A DNA stretch of 23,657 nt from Polyangia bacterium. GTDB taxonomy: Bacteria > Myxococcota_A > Polyangia > Polyangiales > Polyangiaceae. The notes below the pieces were generated by a model. It was not told the DNA's origin. It made no database searches and worked only from the letters and a program-made list of their open reading frames with translations. Location of the stretch: positions 1-23,657 of the forward strand of contig JAUILJ010000014.1 of the NCBI GenBank assembly GCA_030433055.1, read 5' to 3'. Positions 17,239-23,657 of this stretch are shown in pieces. Numbering within the stretch: the first letter of the stretch is position 1; each line of letters opens with the position of its first letter. The translations under genes were made by a program, and so were the position numbers.

Positions 17239-19374
17239 TCAGTCCAGCGTCTCGAAGTTGGCCATGGATTGGCTCATCAGGTTCAGGGTGCGAGTCGGCG
17301 AGCTGAAGCTGAAGAGGTTGACCTTCAGTCGCTTTCGCCAGCGGCGAATCCCGACGGAACCAACGATGGCGACGTCACCCTCGATCAACTGGATCTCCAT
17401 GTCCCAGTTCGCGTCTCCTCGCACCAGGAACTGACCTCCGTCCGTGAGGCCAAAGCCAAGCCCTGCGGTCAGCGGGAAGCTCGTCTTGACGAAGCGCAGG
17501 TCGGCTTCGACGCCAGCTTTGACGATGCGCAGGTTGATCCCACCAAACAGCTTGCCGGTCAGCGCGAAGTGGGGTGTCGCCGTGCGCGACATGCTTCCAC
17601 AAACCGGAACCGAGTCCTGCGTCTGCAGCAGCTCGCCGCAGCTCTGCTCACCAGTGACCCCTTCGAGTGTGTCTTCGAGGTCGAGTCCGATTTCACCACC
17701 AGCGCTGATTTGGAAGCCCACCTTCACTGGCCCGAAGCCGAAGCCCAGGCCGCCGATATTGGTCGACTTGGCCGCGCTGAAGTCGTCAGTCAGCACGATC
17801 TTCGCCTCGGACGAATGGGAGTCGCTGTACAGACTCTTGCCGAAGGCGTCGACGTTGACGTCGTAGAAGTTCTTCGTGGGGTCGACGTCGAGCTTCGCGT
17901 TGGCCTCAGCGTGAGCGATGACGAGCTCGAAGCTCTTTCCGAGCTTGCCCTTGAGAACGACGCTGCCTTCGTTGTTGCTCGCCGCGCCGGTGCGATCGAG
18001 CCTGCTGTCGGTGGACATCGACGCCTCGACGCCGATGCGGCTGCTACCGAGCTTCTGTTCGAAGCTCTTGGAGAAGGTGATGGCGCTCGCGGCTGATGAG
18101 GGGGAGGTCTCCCGCACGAGCTGAACTGGGATGTCCTTGCAGTCCGAGAGCCCGGCATCGCCTGCGTTGCCCTGTTGCGGGAACTGGCCATCGAAGCAGC
18201 CAGTCACGACGAAGTCCGTTTCGTTCTCCCAGATACCACCAGCGGACACGGCGGTGAGCGTTTCGCCCTCGATGAAGAGCTCATGCGCCACGGTGCGCGC
18301 GGTGCCTGGAACGACCTTGGTCACGCTGACTTCAGACACTCGTGTCCCTGCGCCCGTGCTCTCGGGATCGTTGACAGTGAGGGGCAGCGTGGTCTTTTCG
18401 TCGGCGGCGGTGCGCAGGGTGTAGTGCACGGTGGCGCTCCCCGGCAGCTGGCCGAGGGCCGCGAGCGCCGCGTCACTCAAACCGAACTTGAGATCCTCCT
18501 TGATGCCCGGTTCTGCTTTCAACAGATCCGCAGGGATCACCTCTCCATCGCTGAGGGGCGAGATGTACGGGTCGCGGCCGTTCACCACGAAGCTCGACTC
18601 CACGACTAGACTTGGCTCCAAGTCGGGCGGACCGTTGGGCCCGATGTTTTCCGTCTGGGTGAACGGAACCAGGGCTACCGACGACTTGCTGGATAGCAGG
18701 TAGCGCACGTCGATCAGCGCGCCGTTCGCGTCCGTGGGCGTCGGCTGCAGATCGAGTTGGTAGACACAGCCGCGGCCGAGGTCCTGGGCGTCGGTCTCCA
18801 GAGCAGAACGACACGCTTGATTCGCGTCGCTCTTGGCATTTCCCGCGGAGAATATTACGGACGGGGCATCCACGCCGTCGGATACTTCGCCTTCGCCGTC
18901 TGCTCCGGCGTCGAACACGACGCCGAGGTTGACCTTCGCGCCCGCGAGCTCCTCGCAGTCGTTGCTGGGCCAAATGAACCCGTCGACGAGCTGCTCCTTT
19001 CCGTCGCCGGTTAGCTCCACGGCGGCGGCGCTGGAGCCGCAGCTTCGGGGGTTCGCTGGATCCACTGGGTTGGCTTCGACGAAGATGAAGCTCACGGCCA
19101 CGATCTGGCTGGCAGGCGCCGCGGGATCGACGCTGTCTGCGGTGACGCCGAAGCTGATCGGGATGCGGTTGTTGACGAAGACCGGTTGAGAGAGGTCGTA
19201 CTTCACGCCGAGGTGAGTGAGGCGCACGTTGCGGAGCTCGGAGGTCGTCTGACCACACTCACTGCCGCTGCACGCCTGCGTTTCCGAAGCATCGCTCGAG
19301 CAGCCCACCAGGACCGAGAGCAATGGAACCGAGAGCCAAGTCGCGAGGAATCGAGATAAAGGACGGTGACTCAC
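17239..19374 (-). CDS. large orphan lipoprotein (711 aa from preferred start), no family recognised
   Basis: Preferred start is GTG 19374, with AAGGAG 5 nt upstream, giving SHRPLSRFLATWLSVPLLSVLVGCSS (lipobox LVGC). The ORF-track ATG is 19422. High GC3 throughout. The C-terminal part is Gly-rich with alternating hydrophobic residues. Confidence 0.75.
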   Translation of the reverse strand: MSHRPLSRFLATWLSVPLLSVLVGCSSDASETQACSGSECGQTTSELRNVRLTHLGVKYDLSQPVFVNNRIPISFGVTADSVDPAAPASQIVAVSFIFVEANPVDPANPRSCGSSAAAVELTGDGKEQLVDGFIWPSNDCEELAGAKVNLGVVFDAGADGEGEVSDGVDAPSVIFSAGNAKSDANQACRSALETDAQDLGRGCVYQLDLQPTPTDANGALIDVRYLLSSKSSVALVPFTQTENIGPNGPPDLEPSLVVESSFVVNGRDPYISPLSDGEVIPADLLKAEPGIKEDLKFGLSDAALAALGQLPGSATVHYTLRTAADEKTTLPLTVNDPESTGAGTRVSEVSVTKVVPGTARTVAHELFIEGETLTAVSAGGIWENETDFVVTGCFDGQFPQQGNAGDAGLSDCKDIPVQLVRETSPSSAASAITFSKSFEQKLGSSRIGVEASMSTDSRLDRTGAASNNEGSVVLKGKLGKSFELVIAHAEANAKLDVDPTKNFYDVNVDAFGKSLYSDSHSSEAKIVLTDDFSAAKSTNIGGLGFGFGPVKVGFQISAGGEIGLDLEDTLEGVTGEQSCGELLQTQDSVPVCGSMSRTATPHFALTGKLFGGINLRIVKAGVEADLRFVKTSFPLTAGLGFGLTDGGQFLVRGDANWDMEIQLIEGDVAIVGSVGIRRWRKRLKVNLFSFSSPTRTLNLMSQSMANFETLD

Positions 19375-19617
19375 GCGAACTCCTTTTCGAGGGGGAGGGT
19401 TGATGCCTTCAAGCCAACGCATCGTTGGTCCTCACCCCTGGATCCGCGAGTAAAACGCGGTAAAACCTGGGGCGGGGCGCGCCTCGGGCTGCCCGCGTGT
19501 GCCGGCGCGCTCGTCGCGCTGATTGGCGCTGTGAACCCCCGGTCAGATACTCGCAGCATTGGAGCAGGTCGCCGCCCGCGGCATCGCTGGGCGTGAGCGC
19601 ACCGACGGGCCTCAAAA

Positions 19618-19631
19618 TTTCCTCGAGGAAA
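19618..19631. promoter_or_regulatory. 14-bp perfect palindrome TTTCCTCGAGGAAA in a divergent intergenic region (candidate operator)
   Basis: The palindrome is exact by direct reading. It lies between the divergently transcribed lipoprotein genes (starts at 19374 minus and 19729 plus). Confidence 0.3.
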
Positions 19632-19728
19632 GTGACTGAGACGCGTTCGCTGGCGTCGGCGGCATCCGCTAGCCGTGGAGACAGGGCCGTGTGGGTAGAT
19701 TTCCGACACCTGGCCGTAGAATGGCCCC

Positions 19729-20937
19729 ATGACTCTCCCGACGACTCCAGGAACGAGTGGGGCGCACATGCTGGTGTTGGGCGCAACGCTGATGCTAGCC
19801 GCGTGCGGCCCGCGGTTTGACGCCAACGCCGACGTTCGTGACTCGAAGGTCACGGTTCACGTGCGCAAGCTGAAGGCTGGGGACGAGGTGAGCATCAAGG
19901 GGATCGAGGGAGCGACCGCTACCGCCAAGTTCAGCTCCGCCACCATCGACATCCCTGCGGAGAAGGTGGGGGAAGGGCAGCAGGAGCTCACGGTGGTGGT
20001 GACTCGAGGTAGCAAGACGAAGAGCAAGAAGGTGAACGTCACCGTGCCCGCGGCGGCGCTCGCCCCGTTCTTGACCATCACCGGCTGCGAGGGGTTCACC
20101 AAGGGCAACTACGGCGCCGGCGCGGTGAAGATGAAGAGCAAGGGCATGCCTTCGTACACCAAGGAACAGCGCTGCGCGCTGCAGCCGAGCGGCGCCATCG
20201 CCCTCAAGCTCAAGGCCAACGCGGACGCTGAGGTGAAGGTCGGTGATACGAAGGCCCAGATGGGTGATGGAGTTGGGATCGACCTGCTCCCGATCACGCC
20301 GGTGCTCCACAAGCTCAGCTTGCGTGGGGTGGGTGACAGCAAAGCCTCTGGCGAGTTTCCCTACTCCGTCCAGGCCACGAGCAGCCGCGGCGGGAAGACG
20401 GTGACTTACCCCGTGGATCTGACCATCGAGCTGAAGGCGATCCGCAGCGCGCTGTTCGATGCGGTGCTGGAGACGGACGGAGGCAAGGCAGCGCGCTGGC
20501 CCCGCACCGCGCACGATGGGAAGCCCCGTGGCGTGGCGTTCGCGGCGAAGCGCCATCCGGTGCGGGTCGACGGACAGGACCAAACCATCCTCAACTCGAG
20601 CTACGCTCAAGTGCTCGTCGCCGGGGGCGAGCACAAGGCGGACGAAGTCGACCTGTTCGCCGTCGCTTCGCCCAGCGATGTCACCAAGCGCGGCGCGTGC
20701 ACGGGTTACAGGACCATCTCCGGCGTGGGCGGTGTTCGCAACACGGGCTTCGTGATGGGTTTCGACGTCAAGGTCTACGATCACACCGGCAAGGAAGTCG
20801 CGAGCAAGGTGTTCAGCAAACCCAAGAAGACGCGCTGCCCGAGCACGCTGAGCGGCACCCGCGGCAAGACGACGATCCTCGTCTGGGCGCCGAACAAGGC
20901 TGACGTGGAGCAGTGGCTCGAGAGCCTGGTGAAGTAG
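19729..20937 (+). CDS. Lys-rich lipoprotein, function unknown
   Basis: N-terminus MTLPTTPGTSGAHMLVLGATLMLAACG (lipobox LAAC). An alternative start is ATG 19768. There is coding-like codon bias over 402 codons. No family recognised. Confidence 0.7.
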   Translation: MTLPTTPGTSGAHMLVLGATLMLAACGPRFDANADVRDSKVTVHVRKLKAGDEVSIKGIEGATATAKFSSATIDIPAEKVGEGQQELTVVVTRGSKTKSKKVNVTVPAAALAPFLTITGCEGFTKGNYGAGAVKMKSKGMPSYTKEQRCALQPSGAIALKLKANADAEVKVGDTKAQMGDGVGIDLLPITPVLHKLSLRGVGDSKASGEFPYSVQATSSRGGKTVTYPVDLTIELKAIRSALFDAVLETDGGKAARWPRTAHDGKPRGVAFAAKRHPVRVDGQDQTILNSSYAQVLVAGGEHKADEVDLFAVASPSDVTKRGACTGYRTISGVGGVRNTGFVMGFDVKVYDHTGKEVASKVFSKPKKTRCPSTLSGTRGKTTILVWAPNKADVEQWLESLVK

Positions 20938-20960
20938 CAGCGAAGTAGCAGCGAAGTAAC
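20931..20960 (+). repeat. 11-nt tandem repeat GAAGTAGCAGC x2.7 spanning the stop codon
   Basis: Units at 20931-20941, 20942-20952 and 20953-20960 (partial). They carry TAG 20935, TAG 20946 and TAA 20957, which is one stop in each forward frame. Confidence 0.6.
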
Positions 20961-20973
20961 TGGGTCGCGCAGC

Positions 20974-22719
20974 TCAGCGCAGCAGATCGATGCGATCCGC
21001 CCAGGCTTCGAAGGCCAGCGGCTTCGAGGGATCTTCCACTGGCATCGCACCACGGAGCACGACGCCTGTTTCCGGAGGGAGACTTTTGTCGACGCCGTAC
21101 ACGCGCTCGGTGTCGATCAATGGCGGCGGCGCGACCGGGTTCTCAGGGTGAACGGAGCTGGACAGCGCGCGGAGCTTGACACCAACGTTCTCCTTCAGCT
21201 CCTTGGAGGCGTTGTAGATGCACGCCTGGACTTCGCGTGGACTACCGTTGCCCACGACTTGAAGCTGGCAGACGCGCAGCGGCTGGGTCGCCTTGAGCAG
21301 CCGATCCAGGTACGGCGCCTCGTCTTCACGCAGCGCCTCGCGGAGGTCGCTCGCGGCCTTGTGCGCCCGCGGATCGCCGAGGTACGCCAAGAGCATGGCG
21401 CCGTGTAGGCGCACGGAGCGGTTGTTGGCCTTGAGCAGCTCCGCGATCGCGTTGGGGGGCGCCGCGCCTTCGCCATTGGGTGCGATGGTGCCTTCGATGG
21501 GGTTGAGCAGCTCGAAGACGGTGCCTTCGGCTTCGATCGCCCATTTGATCGCCTCGCCGGGGCCGAGCGGGCCCTGGTAGTAGACCGCGCGGTGATCCCC
21601 GAGGGAACGCTTGCCGTCGTTGCCGACCTTGTAAAACTGCAGGTTCAGGCTCAGTTCTTTCAGCTCCTCGTCGGAGTTGTTGACGGCGGCGACGTCGAGC
21701 TGCGTCAGGTCCCGGCTCCCCCGGGTGACCGTACGGCGATTGAACGCAATCAGGCTGAGCTTGGGGATGGCGCTGGCCCAGAGCAGCGAGTCGCTCCGAG
21801 CGCAGCTGCAGCTCGAGCCGCTGCGCAAGCTGCCGATCGCTGCTTGCTTTGCGTCTTCGGGGCTGGGCTGTTCCGGCTCTGGAGCCTTCGCGGCGGAAGC
21901 GGCCGGCTCGACGGGCGTCGCGTCGTCGACGATCTGCGACTCGGCCAGTGACTCCTTCGGGGGCGGAGGATGCGCGGCGGCGACCGGCGGTAATGCAGTG
22001 TTCGGGTTGCGCTCGCTCTTGAGGACATAGCTGCCGGTGAGCACCGCGCCGAGGGCGCAAGCGGACAGGGTGATCACGATGCCGGCGGTCGTGCGTGGGA
22101 TGAGCACGCCGAAGCTCGGGATGAGCTCGGGCTTTGGCTTCGGAGCGGGGGCGGTGTCGCTCTTCTGGAGCTTCGGGACGTAGCGTGACAGCTCGCTCGC
22201 GAACGCCTGGCGCAAGAACTCCGAGCTCGGGCTGCGATCGAACAGACGGCTCGTGATGAAACCCAGCAGGAGCACCACTCCCCCCCCCAAACAAGCGGCG
22301 AGTACCGTGGCGCCTGCGCCGACCCGCGGCGCGAGCTTGGGCAAGGTGAGCGCCCCGAGGATGGCGATGACCACGGCGCCGACCAGGCTGGTGATCCAGA
22401 TCATGCGGTCGCGCTTGAGCTTCTCCCTCGGGTGGAGTGAATTCCCTGCGGAAAAATCGGTCAGCACCAGGCGATTGAGTGGTGTCAGCTCGGGGTCGAT
22501 CTCCAGGTACACCTGCTCGCCGTCGACGCGCGCGTTGTGCAGCGCCATGTAGGGCACGGTGATCAACGTGCCGTGGGTGAGAGCGCCCGGCGCGTATCCC
22601 TCGCCCCAGCTGGCGGTGCCCAGATACGTCAGCAGCAACCCCTGCGGCGCGCACAAAAGCTCGACCGCGCCGATCGCGTTGCTGCGATCCGTGGCTCGGG
22701 CAATTGCGCGCAGCTTCAT
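20974..22719 (-). CDS. membrane protein: N-terminal soluble domain, three predicted TM helices, Pro/Ala-rich linker, C-terminal domain with HEAT-like segment
   Basis: Hydrophobic segments MIWITSLVGAVVIAILGALTL, GATVLAACLGGGVVLLLGFI and AGIVITLSACALGAVLTGSYV. C-terminal LHGAMLLAYLGDPRAHKAASDL. Consistent GC3 bias. No family recognised. Confidence 0.72.
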   Translation of the reverse strand: MKLRAIARATDRSNAIGAVELLCAPQGLLLTYLGTASWGEGYAPGALTHGTLITVPYMALHNARVDGEQVYLEIDPELTPLNRLVLTDFSAGNSLHPREKLKRDRMIWITSLVGAVVIAILGALTLPKLAPRVGAGATVLAACLGGGVVLLLGFITSRLFDRSPSSEFLRQAFASELSRYVPKLQKSDTAPAPKPKPELIPSFGVLIPRTTAGIVITLSACALGAVLTGSYVLKSERNPNTALPPVAAAHPPPPKESLAESQIVDDATPVEPAASAAKAPEPEQPSPEDAKQAAIGSLRSGSSCSCARSDSLLWASAIPKLSLIAFNRRTVTRGSRDLTQLDVAAVNNSDEELKELSLNLQFYKVGNDGKRSLGDHRAVYYQGPLGPGEAIKWAIEAEGTVFELLNPIEGTIAPNGEGAAPPNAIAELLKANNRSVRLHGAMLLAYLGDPRAHKAASDLREALREDEAPYLDRLLKATQPLRVCQLQVVGNGSPREVQACIYNASKELKENVGVKLRALSSSVHPENPVAPPPLIDTERVYGVDKSLPPETGVVLRGAMPVEDPSKPLAFEAWADRIDLLR

Positions 22720-23117
22720 GGGCGGGCGAGCCTACTCCGAGTGTCCCGATCGGGCGAACCGGCGCCGACGTTCAGCACGCGCAGAGCCTGGCGTTTCGCC
22801 CCGGTCGCCTGGGCATGTTTCGGCGTTTTCTGACTTTTGCGCTGATCCGAACGCGCCTAAGAGGCTGAAATTACGCATTTTTTGCAATGTGTCATGAGCT
22901 GGAAACTCTACGAAACACAGGAGAAACCCGCGCCTTCTACACCTGCATGCAACCACCCAGCGCCGAGGGCCACCACCACCCGACGCGCCGGCCGCGCTCC
23001 ACCTCGAACCACCGGGGGCCGAGTGCGAACTCATGCTCGTTCACGCCAGCCACGGCGCGGACACCAGCCGGGCCTTCCCCCCACGCGTTTCCGCGATCGA
23101 AGGTTCAAGGAGTTTCT

Positions 23118-23657
23118 ATGTCCAAAAAGCTGATTGGGCTCATGGCGCTTGGAGCGGCGCTGCTCGCGCCGAGCATCGCCCTCGCGGATGAAGCTGCAAA
23201 GGTTTCCCAGGGCGAGTTCGTCGCGAACAACACGTGGATGATGGTGTGCACGGGCCTCGTGTTCATCATGCACCTCGGCTTCGCGACGCTGGAGACGGGG
23301 CTCACTCGAGCCAAGAACACCGTCAACATCCTGTTCAAGAACACGTTCATCGTGTGCATCGGCCTGCTCACTTACTACGTGATCGGATTTGGCCTGATGT
23401 ACCCGGGTGACTTCAACGGCTTCGCCGGCTTCGCGGGCTGGGGACTCCATCCGACGGCCGCGGGGATGACCACCGAGTATGCGGCGGGCGGCTACACCTA
23501 CTACACGGACTTCCTGTTCCAGGGCATGTTCGCGGCGACCTGCGCCACGATCGTCTCTGGCGCCGTTGCCGAGCGGATCAAGCTGAACAGCTTCATGATC
23601 TTCGCCGCGCTGTTCGTGGCGCTGGCATACCCCTTCGCGGGATCCTGGTTCTGGGGC
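23118..23657 (+). CDS. amtB: ammonium transporter (Amt family), N-terminal 180 codons; continues beyond the window
   Basis: ATG 23118 is preceded by AAGGAG (23107-23112). My own translation gives a signal peptide MSKKLIGLMALGAALLAPSIALA, then NTWMMVCTGLVFIMHLGFATLETGLTRAKN ... FLFQGMFAATCATIVSGAVAERIKL, which are hallmark Amt motifs. It is absent from the ORF track because it has no stop inside the window. Confidence 0.93.
   Translation, partial: MSKKLIGLMALGAALLAPSIALADEAAKVSQGEFVANNTWMMVCTGLVFIMHLGFATLETGLTRAKNTVNILFKNTFIVCIGLLTYYVIGFGLMYPGDFNGFAGFAGWGLHPTAAGMTTEYAAGGYTYYTDFLFQGMFAATCATIVSGAVAERIKLNSFMIFAALFVALAYPFAGSWFWG

Noticed and set aside
22863-22877. Sigma-54 promoter for amtB (AGGCTG-N5-ACGCA)
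   Set aside because: Only the GG and GC dinucleotides and their spacing match. The flanking consensus (TGGCAC / TTGCW) is poorly matched. TGGCAT CGGCC GGCAA at about 3288 in the gap region has its GC one position out of register, so it is also rejected.
1-23657. Mobile elements, CRISPR arrays, tRNA/rRNA genes, toxin-antitoxin pairs or known defence-system genes
   Set aside because: I saw no transposase, integrase or recombinase motifs, no regularly spaced direct repeats and no tRNA cloverleaf. GGTTCG words occur, but without acceptor or anticodon arms. No conserved rRNA blocks were seen.

Overview
High-GC (about 68-73% in genes) bacterial chromosome segment. The gene content (many lipoproteins, FHA, GGDEF/EAL, HEAT-repeat secreted proteins) suggests Myxococcota, but that is inference only. 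I support 19 protein-coding genes. They are: a partial DHH/DHHA1 phosphoesterase; a c-di-GMP operon of REC-EAL overlapping FHA-GGDEF by 4 nt, followed by a small coiled-coil ORF; a class-III (BtuF/FecB-type) ABC importer (binding protein, ATPase, permease); a minus-strand cluster of NUDIX hydrolase, VWA-like lipoprotein, 125-aa unknown and FadL/TodX-like outer-membrane protein; a YkuD L,D-transpeptidase; a three-gene secreted operon (large orphan lipoprotein, HEAT-repeat protein, M43-like metzincin); a divergent Lys-rich lipoprotein; a 3-TM membrane protein; and the 5' part of an ammonium transporter. I saw no rRNA, tRNA, CRISPR array, transposase or integrase. The outstanding feature is a ~2.9 kb stretch (3021-5999) with no credible ORF in an otherwise densely coded window. 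It has lower GC, many short perfect hairpins (several with UUCG/GNRA-type loops) and internal repeated words. It ends at a textbook plus-strand intrinsic terminator (5808-5843) that has no gene upstream. I interpret it as a candidate large structured non-coding RNA locus of no family I recognise. This rests on reading the sequence by eye and needs transcriptomics and covariation analysis.
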